A DNA stretch of 63,341 bases, counting the filler, from Octopus bimaculoides (Eukaryota), in assembly GCF_001194135.2 (NCBI RefSeq). It is 7 parts of 6 records of this genome, joined end to end, with 100 filler letters (N's around TTAATTAATTAA, not from the genome) between each part and the next. Parts side by side here need not be neighbours in the genome. Positions count along the whole stretch, not along the records: positions 1 to 14,074 come from NC_069005.1; positions 14,175 to 32,376 come from NC_068986.1; 5 more parts are not named here. One strand, written 5' to 3'. The translations under genes were made by a program, and so were the position numbers. Below are positions 12,741 to 26,027 of this stretch, in pieces; position 1 is the first letter of the stretch; each line of letters opens with the position of its first letter. Under the pieces are notes generated by a model that had not been told where the DNA came from, ran no database searches, and worked only from the letters and a program-made list of their open reading frames with translations.

Positions 12741-12775
12741 ATCATATATGCGTGCACCCGCGGGTATATATATAC

Positions 12776-12843
<68 letters not shown>

Positions 12844-12986
12844 ATGTATGTATGCATATATATACATACATATGCACGATATACATATATATATACAAAT
12901 ACATATATACAAGTATGAATACATATATTTATATAAATACATATATATATCTATTTATCTCTATCTCTCTCTCCCTCTCTCTCTAC

Positions 12987-13044
<58 letters not shown>

Positions 13045-13334
13045 ATACACATATACATACATTCCTATACTCATATATATATATATATATATATTAAGTA
13101 TGTATAACATATGCTTTCATACACGTATTTATGCGCATACATGTACATATACATAAAAATATAGATTTGTATTGTACGTGTGTACACACTTGTGCATGCA
13201 TTTTCTTCTGTTTATATACATATATGTATATATAAACATATGCGTAAGTTCTATACACACACACACATACATAGAAACAGACAGAGAGACAGATATGCAC
13301 ATTCAAACGTACGCACAGCGAAACACAAACACAC

Positions 13335-13387
<53 letters not shown>

Positions 13388-14118
13388 TACAGTTACATTA
13401 TAATACACAAAATAGCATCGTTATCCTTTCATACATCACAAATATTATGCCTCTGTCTATACATTTCGACTAATCTTCATGCTTTATTTTCAAAAAAATT
13501 AATAGCATTATATTATGATGCAGACGGCCTTCAGATCTAAATATTTTTTATGGTATATATTCCAGTTATCTCATACATTGTAACATAAGCCTCAATAGAT
13601 AGTCTACTTAGCCGAAGGCAGAGTTGGCTGCTTGAAATTTCGCTTCACCACTATGTTGTTTTTGTTTTCAGCTCCATTGAGGTACATCTTGTACAAGATA
13701 CATGTATTATAGCAGCGCGCCGCACAACGCTTATTGAGTGTATTTTCTAGAGGCTAACTCACGGTATACACATTTATAGATAAATGAACATACACTTACG
13801 CATGCACACATATATACACACGCACGTATATATATACGTCCATATAAATATATATATAATAACATAAATAATATGTAAATGTATGCATAAATCCATACAT
13901 ATATGTACATACCTACATCTATATGTATACATACATGCATATATGGGTACAGGACATGACAAAAAACGTTGAACACAATGAGAAACGAAAACATAAAGAC
14001 GAGGACAACGAAAAAGATAAACAGAGAAACGAGACATGCAACATAAAGTATATCTCCCTTCTTCAGTTGTCCCTNNNNNNNNNNNNNNNNNNNNNNNNNN
14101 NNNNNNNNNNNNNNNNNN

Positions 14119-14130
14119 TTAATTAATTAA
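14119..14130. other. Artificial six-frame-stop scaffold spacer, TTAATTAATTAA within 44 N + 44 N
   Basis: Identical 100-bp spacers at 14119, 32421, 41098, 52135, 57658 and 60128. The 12-mer is palindromic with TAA in all six frames. Confidence 0.95.
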
Positions 14131-14660
14131 NNNNNNNNNNNNNNNNNNNNNNNNNNNNNNNNNNNNNNNNNNNNCTTCTTATAAATACATCCCACTGGGC
14201 GCTGACAACTTATATTGTAACATTGTGTATGTAATACTATATTACTAAACGTTTTCAGTTTTTACGACAATAGTGCTTACATTGAAGGAAGTTTGTATCC
14301 TCCTTTTTAATTCTATGCGGCCATGTAAAATCTCCCTCAATGTCCCACGACACCCACAAAATGAAACGGTTTTATAAAAGCTTGACAAAACACTAAAACC
14401 GACAATTTTGATTAATGTTACAGTATTTTAGTAGGTCGGTGTGTTTCAATAATATTTGAAAGAAGTTTAGCCAATGTTTACCAAGTTTAATACAGAAATA
14501 ATCGAAAATTTAACTTGAGATAATTATACAGTGAGGGCAAAAAAATCAATATTATTTGTCTGTTAGTGATTATTTTTAACTTTTATTATTTCATCACGTA
14601 GACTTCTACAAGTAAATGTTTGGACTGCAGAGAGGCTCCAGTAGATAATACTGTATTTGT

Positions 14661-15145
14661 AATAATTATAAGGCAAAAATCCTCTGGGACTTTGACGTCC
14701 AGACAGGCAAAGTGTTAGAGCACAAAAGGCCGGATATAGAAACCTTTAGGAGGGACAAACAAGGGTGCTTAATAATTGATGTGGCAGTTCCGGGGGATCA
14801 ACGCATCATCAAGAAAGAAAGAGAAAAGGTTGATAAATATGGAGACATGAGAATTGAGATCGCTAAGTAGTGGCCGCTACGGGAGTCAAACATAAAGGTC
14901 ATCCCTAATCTCATCGAAGCATTGGGTTCAATACCACTCAAACTGAAATTTCATCTGAAAAACTTATAAATACTCTACAATCTAGAAGTATTACAAAAGT
15001 CGTCATTAATTGTAACTGCACGCATTTTGCGTAAAGTACTGTCTGTCTGAGCTCCTTCTTGTGACTTGACAAACAGTACAAACACCCGGTAAACACATTA
15101 TCTTCAATCAACAACCTCACCATATCCTATACCATGCGACGTCTA

Positions 15146-15147
<2 letters not shown>
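14661..15147 (+). mobile_element. 5'-truncated R4/Dong-type LINE (RLE domain + 3' UTR)
   Basis: 14661-15050 reads KILWDFDVQT...RPDI...CLIIDVAVPGD...EREKVDKYGDMRIEI...ALGSIP...LQKSSLIVTARILRKVLSV* with two internal stops. PD-(D/E)xK-type RLE; 3' UTR ends in (TAA)n. Confidence 0.9.
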
Positions 15148-15188
<41 letters not shown>

Positions 15189-15196
15189 AATAATAT

Positions 15197-15327
15197 AGAA
15201 ACCCCAAAATGGCTGAAGTCCAAAAGATAGTGCTCATGGGAACTGCCCGTATCCTACGTAAAATACTGTCTATGTGATCTCAAATTTTAAAGCAAACATA
15301 ATTTTCTTATGGTTTCTTAAACATTCA
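15197..15327 (+). mobile_element. Second R4/Dong-type 3' fragment inserted in the (TAA)n tail of the first
   Basis: PKMAEVQKIVLMGTARILRKILSM* (stop 15275-15277) starts directly after (TAA)n and continues into a gap. Confidence 0.8.
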
Positions 15328-15780
15328 NNNNNNNNNNNNNNNNNNNNNNNNNNNNNNNNNNNNNNNNNNNNNNNNNNNNNNNNNNNNNNNNNNNNNNNNN
15401 NNNNNNNNNNNNNNNNNNNNNNNNNNNNNNNNNNNNNNNNNNNNNNNNNNNNNNNNNNNNNNNNNNNNNNNNNNNNNNNNNNNNNNNNNNNNNNNNNNNN
15501 NNNNNNNNNNNNNNNNNNNNNNNNNNNNNNNNNNNNNNNNNNNNNNNNNNNNNNNNNNNNNNNNNNNNNNNNNNNNNNNNNNNNNNNNNNNNNNNNNNNN
15601 NNNNNNNNNNNNNNNNNNNNNNNNNNNNNNNNNNNNNNNNNNNNNNNNNNNNNNNNNNNNNNNNNNNNNNNNNNNNNNNNNNNNNNNNNNNNNNNNNNNN
15701 NNNNNNNNNNNNNNNNNNNNNNNNNNNNNNNNNNNNNNNNNNNNNNNNNNNNNNNNNNNNNNNNNNNNNNNNNNNNNNNN

Positions 15781-15918
15781 TGAAAAAGTTGATGAGGCCT
15801 TGGCCAAAAAGGAAAGTGTCTGTCTTTAGCCCTTTCAAACGGGTCCACCATATCACCTCTTTCGCTACAGCCACTAGGCATAGGAAAATTGCCTTGCCCT
15901 CCCGGTTAAAGGTCGGCG
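15781..15918 (-). mobile_element. L1/Tx1-like ORF2 C-terminal fragment
   Basis: PPTFNREGKAIFLCLVAVAKEVIWWTRLKGLKT matches 29445-29540 (PPFSFNREGQAIFVCLLAMAKVVVWWRRLKGLKT). Confidence 0.8.
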
Positions 15919-15924
15919 GGTGAA

Positions 15925-16127
<203 letters not shown>

Positions 16128-16128
16128 C

Positions 16129-16680
16129 GACCTGATGCACTACCAGGTAGTGGCTCTCATAGCTTCTAGTCTTAACTGATTGCAAGTGTTATCATGTTCA
16201 GTCTTGGTATAAAAGATGGGCAAGAGCAAATAGTATTCTGCTGAATACCACAGATTTACTTGTCAGCTGTTTGACCTTAACCAGTTGAGCATGTCCCTTA
16301 ATGGTTGAGGATATGTGTATCTCTGATCACGAGTAGAAGTAGCGGGGGAAGATCATAGCCATGTGTTGTGGGGAATTCTTTGGGGTTTCAGTAATTCGCC
16401 ACTGGAAACATGGCTGTTTTATTCATCAGCTTGAAAGCAAATTTTATTTAGGGGCTTTTTACGCGGGATGGACTAATGGACCGGATGAAAATTCTAACTG
16501 GGCCCCATCTGGAATTCCGTGCGCTGCTTAACTTGATTTATGAGATATCCATGTCGCGTACATATGGTTATGCCGGTGCCTGTTGTACACTTATTAGACG
16601 TGTGGTCATGGTGGATATATTGGACTTCATATATTTGTACCCCAGTGTCACTTTTATTGCATGCACTACACTCTCACGCA
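16129..16680 (+). mobile_element. ~560-bp (TAA)n-embedded element, copy 2
   Basis: Full-length match to 819-1381 in reverse orientation, with TAA-type repeats on both flanks. Confidence 0.85.
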
Positions 16681-16944
16681 ATAGTAATAATGATGATAGT
16701 AACAATAACAATAATAATAATAATAATAATAATAAGGATAATGATGATGAGGAGGAGGAGGTGGAGGAGGAGAAGGATGATAATAATAATAATAATAATA
16801 ATAATTATTATTATTATTATTAGTAGTAGTAGTAGCAGTAGTAGTAGTAGTAGTAGTGTTGGTGGTGGTGTTGGTGGTGGTGGTGGTGGTGGTGGCGGTG
16901 GTTCTGGCGGCGGCGGCGGTGGCAGGAGCAATAGCAGCTGTAGC

Positions 16945-17003
<59 letters not shown>

Positions 17004-17020
17004 CAGCAGCAGCAGCAGTT
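16681..17020. repeat. Compound trinucleotide run (AAT/GAG/TAT/TAG/GGT/GGC/TAG/CAG)
   Basis: Direct reading. Confidence 0.95.
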
Positions 17021-17299
17021 ATGAAGATGATTGATAAATATCAACCATTATTCATGTGATATTAATTACACTTGCCACAGCAAACAAAATGCTATCTAAA
17101 AGTCTGTCAGGTATTCTAAACTGAGAAATGCAATGTCGACCTGCAGGAAAGGGCCATCGTGTCTTCAGCAAGAATCTGAAGATTCTGCAAAGTTGAAATG
17201 GCTTTCGGTCACTAAACGTGCAAAAAACACAGCTACCAATTAAATTATATTATAATACCATCATTTTGATGATAATGATTTCTTTAACGACTAGCGTTT

Positions 17300-17630
17300 A
17301 TTTGCAGTTGAAGGAGGGTGCACGAATATTTGGATGCAGTATGATATGATATCGGTTGCATGGAGGCGTGGTAATAGGTAACAAAAATATACAACGATAA
17401 AATTTGAAACAAAAAATTCTACTATAGGTGGGGGTCTTCAAAGTGCTGAAATCGCACAAAACCCCGATGTTCTTACCCGCCAGGGTAAGAACCTCTAACC
17501 ATATCCCTTCCTCAGCCTCTAGGCGCATGCTTAGAAATCGTTCATTGTACTGGCCTCCTCCTCCATTGGAAGATCCTCCCAGTTCAGCATTTTATCCAGC
17601 GTACAAACGTGTCTGACGCTTCCCCAGCTT
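17300..17630 (-). mobile_element. Possible diverged L1/Tx1 3' end
   Basis: SDTFVRWIKC and NERFLSMRL resemble the PSQFIARWAKV...LSMHM* end of the 29 kb copy; a T-rich UTR with AATAAA follows. Confidence 0.3.
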
Positions 17631-17690
17631 CATGCAACTACTACTAATAATAATAGCAACAACAACAACAACAACAGCAACAGCAGCAGC

Positions 17691-17726
<36 letters not shown>

Positions 17727-17728
<2 letters not shown>

Positions 17729-17821
17729 GAGCACCACAGCAAACCACAGCACATACCCAAGGCGCACAGAGCTGCGCTCGGTAGTGAAGTGAAAGCACGT
17801 TATAAAAATAAAACTACTGAA
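17727..17821 (+). mobile_element. ~95-bp 3' UTR-only copy of the Dong family at 1450
   Basis: Nearly identical to the reverse complement of 1450-1545; (CAA)n upstream and (TAA)n downstream. Confidence 0.9.
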
Positions 17822-17884
17822 CAATAATAATAATAATTACAACAACAACAACAACAGTATTACACAGAGACAATCAGTTGAAGA

Positions 17885-18552
17885 AATTACACCAAATGCA
17901 AGATTGACAATATACAGTATGTGAATAATGCAGGTATTGCTATTTTAGGCGAGTCTGTACGGCATATTGTGAACGAATACAGGAAATTGACCCGAGAAGA
18001 ATACTAACGAAGATACGATAACATCCCACGAATGATTGATTTGGAGCTGTGTGGTCAGTTAGGCCAAACACAGGATATGGATACATCCGAGAAGAGCAGT
18101 TTATTGAGACACGTTAAGAGCATTGAGGGATGAATGATTGAATATGACCGGGAATTTGACACTCGAAACCAGCATGCATTGGTTTTGAATCAAAACGTGA
18201 AAAACAAACTTGTCTAATCATCGGTATAGCATGCAGTGGAGATGACAAAGTACTGCGAAAAGAAGAGAAGTAGGTCAGATATGTTGCTTTGAAATAAGAC
18301 TGTGGTCATTGAAGAAGGTGAATGTTGTTGTTGCTGGAGCCTCGAGTTTTTTAGGTACCAAAGTTACAAACTACATTGGAAGAGATAAGCGTAAACGTAA
18401 AGCCACAGAAAACATTGTTGCTTAGAACTGGATAAAACTTTCACAGAGTTCTCGAAACCTGAAGGAAAAGTGATATCCTAGTCTACTGGTTGTAGACAGC
18501 GGACATTTTGTCACAATGCCCAGTGTAGCGAAGTCACTGTGTGAGACAAGTA
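17885..18552 (+). mobile_element. Degenerate R4/Dong-type LINE (zinc knuckle + RLE)
   Basis: Frameshifted GESVRHIVNE..L..EEY.RR.DNI...ELC, then CLII.IAC..D...KEEK and QKTLLL.TG...RVLET*. TAA-like tail. Confidence 0.7.
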
Positions 18553-19705
18553 TAATAATAGCAATGTGTCACACTCATGATATATTCCTCATTGTTTTGA
18601 AATTTTGACACAAAGTGTGATGTTTTAATCATATTTTTCGTTTTTCTCACGCAACGAAACCAACTGATTTAATCTGAAGCGTTTTTTGCTTTTATTTCTT
18701 GTATGCTTGAAGCTGATTTATGATTATCAAATTTACAATGATATCTATACATTTTATAAACATAGGCTTAACTATGTCTTTCGACCAATAGTGAGTTGAT
18801 TAATTAGAAATACTATTAACTTTCAAAAAAAGTTTCATTCGTAGAACAATACATTTTCGAAGTAGATCGATTAAGAAACGTGAAACGATAAAATAATCGA
18901 AAGCATCCTGTTATAGATAACAATGGAAAGCAAACAAAACAATAATTTATAACTGAGGTTGAGGACAAGCGTACCATTCCCGTATTTAGCTGTGTTTAAG
19001 TTTCACTATTTTAGATTTGATTTTAACTGATAAAAATTAGGACAGTGCAGATACGCTGAGCTAAAGCGTATCTATGAAAGGATAATCTGTACCAAGATTT
19101 ACATCAAAAGAGCAGTGCGAGTTATACACGAGTGTGACGAACACACGAATGCAACCGTTTGACCTGCGGCAATACCGGTGCCATCAAGCATGAATATATG
19201 TGGATAATAACTCCTATCTAGAGAAAAATATTTTTGCCCTTTTGTTGAGGTTAATTTCTAACATGGATGATAGTTAAAAACATTTTGAGAAAGAGAGATT
19301 GGATTCAATGAAAGCCCTCACTTCATTATTACATTCATGACATCATATCTCGAATGAAAATGATTTTCTCTTTGCGAGATTTGAACCCATTATTTCAGAG
19401 ATCTAATTAACTCGTGTAACTCTTGGCCTTTAAATCTATTTCTTTCACTTCATCTAATTTAAGAGGTAGACGCGCGCACGCACGCACACACATATGAAGT
19501 CTATATGCGCATGCGTGTTTGTATGGATACATATATATATATATNNNNNNNNNNNNNNNNNNNNNNNNNNNNNNNNNNNNNNNNNNNNNNNNNNNNNNNN
19601 NNNNNNNNNNNNNNNNNNNNNNNNNNNNNNNNNNNNNNNNNNNNNNNNNNNNNNNNNNNNNNNNNNNNNNNNNNNNNNNNNNNNNNNNNNNNNNNNNNNN
19701 NNNNN

Positions 19706-19743
<38 letters not shown>

Positions 19744-20034
19744 GCATATATATATAGAAATGTATAGACACACACATATATATATATAGTGATGTACATA
19801 CAATCACACACGCAAATAAGCATACATGTTTGTGTATATATAAAGACAGGGAGAGAGTGAAGAGAGGAAAGATAAAAAGAGAGATGAATCCTACCAAAAA
19901 TATACTTGCAAGTACATGTGAGCGTATGTACATGTGAATGTGTAAGTATATATGTGTGTATGTGTGTGTTGTGTGTGTGTGTGTTTGTGATCTTCTTATT
20001 TCTCGCGGTATGTTTTATCTCTGCTGTCATTATT

Positions 20035-20250
20035 TTCGCTAGTTTTGCTTTGCCTAATTTTCAATTAATCGCAATCTACAATTTTCACTTATGTGAGGTT
20101 GCCAAATCTTTTAATCATTCCTTGTAATCTGCCAAACATCGTTACTTCTAGCAAAACGACATCGATGCAGAAAACCTCACTTCTTTTTCTTTGTCTTCAT
20201 CTCTTTAGATTTCCTACAGCTCTTTCCTTTGTTATTAACACTTTACTCGT
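20035..20250 (-). mobile_element. Possible ancient LINE RT fragment
   Basis: FCIDVVLL...RLQGMI...LKIRQSKT resembles the (F/Y)ADD.VL...LQ.M...L.IN..KT region. Confidence 0.3.
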
Positions 20251-20811
20251 TTCTCATGCATTCGACAACTAAAATTGAACGAATTTCTACCGTTCTAATT
20301 TCCTGTCCAAACATTATTTTGCAGTTGTCTTATAATTTTGTTTCATTCTCTATCTTTTCTACACAGACATTCATTCTCTTAAATTTTCCATATTACGAAA
20401 ACTAATATGGCAATTTCAACACAGAACCTTCCCCGGTGGCCATTCTGTTGTTTCCCAGGTACTATTCATAAATAAGCAGAACCTTTCTTTCTAGTAACAG
20501 AACAAATTTAAATAGTTTTACAATCGTTCTAGTTTGAAGTGGTAGGAACAGATTTAGAAGTTGAAAAGATTTTATGAACAAATATCTGAACTGATAAAAG
20601 TTGGCAGGCATATTATAATCTAAAGAACATGTGTGAACTGTTTCCTATGAATTATCAACGACAAATGGGATAACGAAGTTTGAGATCCATAGAAAAAGAT
20701 CCAAAGAAATGTTTCGGCATAAGAAGCGACAACAACGGTTCAAATCACAGACTGCTTTCATAAGCACGTGGCTGCCATTAGTAAGTCCTAATCAGATCAC
20801 CATATTTGCGC

Positions 20812-20871
<60 letters not shown>

Positions 20872-20914
20872 CAGCGGGTATTAGAAATCATACAATGCTA
20901 GAAATTAGAGCACC

Positions 20915-22175
20915 TTACCTCTTAGTTCTAGCATTGTATGTATTCTAACGCCGTCTGTCAGATTTAATGACAATGATAGTTTTCCTTTTTGGTGATATAT
21001 TGCTAAACTACTGTCGAATTTAATTATTTGAAATATACATTAGCAATTTGCTAAATCATCCATAGATGTTTATGGAATAGATACATATACTGCTGGTGAT
21101 CTTATCCAGAGTTTCGTGAGTGGTGCCGACCCTTCTGAAGAGCTTTGGTCTTAAATCCTTAACCGTCGACAGTATGCGGATATCAGGACGTTCACTGTCA
21201 GTATGTATGTATGCAATTACGTGCGTTGGCTGCAGCATCATCATATGTTGGCTCTTATTTCTAGCATTGTAGATGTTCTAACACCCTCTGTCATAATTAA
21301 TAACTATTATATCTTTCCTTTTTGGTGATACTTTCGTAATGAGATAAAAAAGCAAGGCTGTGTATATTTTAGAACATTTATAAATAGAAGGTCTTACAGC
21401 TGTTTCCAGGATATTTATTATATCCTTCATCGGAGAGGGTGTGAGAGGATGGTTATGCAATAGTTAATTTAGATAAGATAGGAAATAGAGAAACGAAAAT
21501 AGAAGTGAGATATGTAGGGATATTGTATTTGTAAATCCATTGTTTAGGCAGATTCCAATACCTTGTGAGTAAAATCCAGTAGTCTTTAAGATTGGTCATT
21601 GCATTTGTAAATCCATTATTAAGATTCCAATACCCTATGGATAAAATCCAACAGTCTTTGAAATTGGTCGTTCCAAATACAGAGTTTATACACAGTGTTA
21701 TTGAATCAAGGGTTCTGTGTAAAGTGTCCTAAAAGTAGGGAATGTATTAGTAAGGTCAAATCGAAAACAGGAAGAGAGGAATAAAGAAAGAGAGGAAAAA
21801 GGGGGAGAAAGAGAAGAAAAAAGTAAGAAGAATATAATAAAAGGAATAACGAAAAGAAAGTAAAAAGGAATACAAAAATAGAGACAAGGGAAAGTGTACG
21901 CGAATGGTCAGTGAATACAATAAGAAGGTAGAAACAGGAAGATAAGAGTGAAAGAGAGAGAAAGGTATTAGAGTGTAGAAAGGTAGAAGGAAGGGGGGTA
22001 TGGAGAGAGAGATATAAAGCTTTAAGGAGTGTCAATTGAAATGATGGAATCTAAATGATGGCGTAGAGATAGCGGGGTATTAGTATAGAAAGAAGAATTT
22101 AGGAATTTAGATGGGTGGACAGGTCAGTACTAGAATAAAAGCATGTGAGAATGTATACATATGTATACATTAGAC

Positions 22176-22214
<39 letters not shown>

Positions 22215-22492
22215 AAATTTAAATATTGATACCCCATCATTTAGACACCATCACTGCAATTGTCACTCCTTAAAGCTTTATATCTCTCCCTCCATAACTC
22301 CCCCTCCATTCCTTCTATCTTTCTACACTCTAATACCTTTCTCTCTCTATAACGCTTACCTCTATTTTTTGTTTTCCTTTTTCCTTTCTTTTCTTTAATC
22401 CTTTTATTATTTTCTTCTTCTTTTTTTCTTCTCTTTCTCATTCCCCTTTTTTCTCTTTCTTTTTTTTCCTCTTTCTTTATTCCTCTCTTATA
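20915..22492 (-). mobile_element. Penelope-like terminal-repeat complex (hammerhead motif, partial tandem and inverted duplications)
   Basis: Hammerhead-like motif 21392-21436; ~85-bp direct repeat 20915-21000/21250-21335; ~75-bp tandem duplication 21526-21672; inverted arms 21773-22065/22229-22492. Confidence 0.55.
21392..21436 (-). ncRNA. Degenerate minimal hammerhead ribozyme motif
   Basis: Minus strand TCT-CCGATGA-[AGGATAT aataa ATATCCT]-G-GAA-ACAGCTGT-A-AGA: palindromic stem III, GUA site and 3-bp stem I. Carries U4C and one extra G. Confidence 0.6.
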
Positions 22493-24411
22493 GATACATA
22501 TATACTCATATGAATAGATAAATATTTATGTCTGAGAGAAGGTGAAGATATAGAACCGCATTTTGTAACACAGACAAGGTACGAATCATCGCTCCTTTCC
22601 CAAAGTGTGATCTTAACATCCAATTTGATTCAGATTTGAAATATTTTCCATGTCCATTCGCATACAAATTTGATTAGATCATCGTAAATAGTGTTAGTAC
22701 ATGGAGCTGTGTATGATGATATTATACTTCCTAAAACCTATACATGAAATGTTTAAGGGCTGGTTAAGCAGACATGATGTATATACGTGCATATCAGTGT
22801 TCGTTCCTACTTTCTAATTTTTAAAGTTGGTTAATTATTGCGTTGTATTTATGTAGCATATCCTCAATTTTGTCGATTATTTTCTTTAGTTATTTAAAAT
22901 AAAGATACCTGGTATCATTACACTACGAACAAGCATCTGTTATAGTATTAAAAATAACACTGCATGATGGTTATTTAAAGGAAAAAGCACAGACGTGGTT
23001 TAAAAAATATAATGTAATCAAAAATAGATTTTCAGTCGGATTCATGGTGATCACTACAATCAAATTTACACGAAAACTCTGATTCTGTCTTCCAAAAATA
23101 TATGTGCTAGTAGTATTTTTGTTAAAATACTTTACGAAATATTTAAACTTTTGTTTGAGAAAAAAAGAAAATTTGAAGGGCCTACTTTGATACGATCTAA
23201 TATATGCAAATATCTATGATATTCTGAAAGGATATATAATACAACGACATTTCTCTGCATCAATAATGGTTTGTTAAGTTAGTATTTCCATATTTAATGG
23301 AGAAATTATTAAAAGGCTAACTAGAAATAATTTTGTGCTATGGAAAAATCAATAATTGTTGTGAAAGACTAATATCACTTCAGCTATTGTGGCAAAAATT
23401 CGAGATGGGTGGTGAATTCCGGATATATTTCAGTCTAATCATCAACATAGCTTAGACATTACTTGCTAACGTTGAGATGGGAGAATGACAGAATAAATAT
23501 ACCGGCCTTTACGCTGTTTGGTGTACAATTGTTTAGAAAATAAATTGGGTAACATCGGAATATTTAACAGGTATCTCGACATTCGATCAATTCAACAAAG
23601 ATGCGAAATTCATGTAAGCGAGGGAATCGTACACAGTTATCACAAGCAACAAAATAAAATCTAATTTAGGCAAACACTAAATGTTTATTATGTTAGAAAG
23701 ACCAAAGAGACTGCTTCACTCCACCTTTATCAATTATATTACATTGCTTAAACAGTTTCATTTAACGTTGAAACGAAATTAAATTGCCATCAAGATGCAC
23801 ATAACGTAGTGAGTAATCCAGTGTTCATACAGTCATACTTGTTCCTATACTTTCGTTGTTTGTTGCCGTTGCGGATTGTGAATTTAGGCCAATGATTTTC
23901 TGTAGAGGTTCATATCAGCTATCGTTTGCGTTTATCACCAATTAGAGCTGTTCAAAGAGAGCTGCTGTTCAATACGCTCCTATCCATCCACGTCACATGA
24001 CTACGCGAGAAACATAAACATCATTTTATCCTCCTCATCTTCCCTCTCTTTCCCCCTCTTTTATATATGCGTGTGGGTGCATATGTGTGCGGGTGAGTGT
24101 TTGTATATGCGTGAGAATATGCGCGCGTGTGTATTTATATACACACATATAAGAATATATATACTTCCTAGATTTCTGTGGATATATATATAGACATAAA
24201 ATATAAATGTATATANNNNNNNNNNNNNNNNNNNNNNNNNNNNNNNNNNNNNNNNNNNNNNNNNNNNNNNNNNNNNNNNNNNNNNNNNNNNNNNNNNNNN
24301 NNNNNNNNNNNNNNNNNNNNNNNNNNNNNNNNNNNNNNNNNNNNNNNNNNNNNNNNNNNNNNNNNNNNNNNNNNNNNNNNNNNNNNNNNNNNNNNNNNNN
24401 NNNNNNNNNNN

Positions 24412-24452
<41 letters not shown>

Positions 24453-25899
24453 TGTGTGTATGTGTGTGTGTGTATATATACATGTGTGTGTGTGTGTGTA
24501 TGTGTATATATATATGCATTTACTTACATACACATACCTAAATAAATATGTGTTTGTATATATGTACATGTACAAACATATAGCCTTATTCACAGGTTTC
24601 TCTGTCAGTATGCGTATATGTGCGCCGGTGCACCGGTGCGTGTGTTTTACACTCGCCCTCAATCATGCGATCGTAAATATTGTAAAGCTGATTGTAGACA
24701 GGTTTGCCTCTCTGTATATCATTCTTCATTTAGCTACAACAGTTGCCTTTCTTACACTTCCTTCACTGTGAGTGTGTACATATGTACACACCCACATACA
24801 CACACACTCATACGCACACTTATATTTCCCCCTGTCACTTCAAACAGAGGCGTTCAGAGATACTTAATACTACACTAGAACCGTTCATTTTTACACGAAT
24901 TCAGATTTTAAAATACGGATTTTTTTACATTTATTCCGATTTAATACGTGTCTCTTAATCATGCAAACCTAAAATAAATATCATTTTAATCATGATCAAA
25001 TCAATTTTGTGCAGATTTTGAATCTCTAACTCACTCTATCAATGGTTAGGTTAGTAAAATGTGATTTGATTCTTATTTATATCTCTTGAACAGGTTCACA
25101 ATTCCTACGCGTTCTTCCCTCTGTAAAATCATTTAATCATATACGCTCACGTGTTAGTTGTTTCGTAGTTACATCACAAACACTTACGTACATAAGTTCA
25201 CGAAACCAAGAGATTCTTCACAAAATCGCATACTTTAATATGCAAGCATAATTTTTCGTCCTTCACAAATCACAATCAATCGACACCTTCATAAGCCCGG
25301 CCTTGGGAACAGACGTTGTCCTGAAGCTTCTCATAAACTGACCAATGTCCAAGTTCAACGAAGTGTGAATATTGACAAACAACTGTTGGCAAATCCTCAA
25401 AATGCCCGTTGTGTTGTTGAATTGTAATTCGATATGAAAACTGGATCTATTTTCGCATTCCCAATGAGAAAAGTCAGTGATTTTGTTCCGTCCAGGCTTC
25501 TGAACATGTTTTCAAAAAGGGAGAGTTTGAATAAAATGTCATGTGTGTTTGGTGGAATTTTTCGATCGTTTTGGCCTTGTGTATATGTGAATATATACAG
25601 TATGTGCATATGTCTATGTGCATATGTCTATGTGCATATAACAACATATTTCCTTTATGCTTGGTTAGAGTGAAATATTTAACGTTCCCCCTTAATAGAA
25701 ACAAATGCCGATATTTGTTCAGCATTTTAATTACCAAGAATGTCCGCGTGCTGGGAACGCTGTAAATTCCGTTCCTCTCTCTCTTTCAGAATACATACGC
25801 ACAGGTTTGGCTGTATGATAAAAAATTTGCTTTCCAATCGCATGTTTCCTGAATCAATCCCACTGCGTGCTGCCTTCGGCAAATGTTTCCTACTTTATC

Positions 25900-25958
25900 C
25901 TTGGACCAACCAAAGCACTGTGGCTGGATTTGGTAGGCGGAAACTGAAAGAAGCTCGT

Positions 25959-26027
<69 letters not shown>

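Noticed and set aside
16129-16150. 5' hairpin of the TAA element (CCTG-ATGCAGTAC-CAGG type) resembles U2 snRNA stem-loop IV
   Set aside because: Only about 9 matching nt, variable among the copies here, with no other U2 similarity. No HDV-like fold could be built either.
25270-25470. Minus-strand open stretch ending KAGLMKVSIDCDL* as a possible terminal exon
   Set aside because: No convincing acceptor, no recognisable homology and no upstream partner exon.
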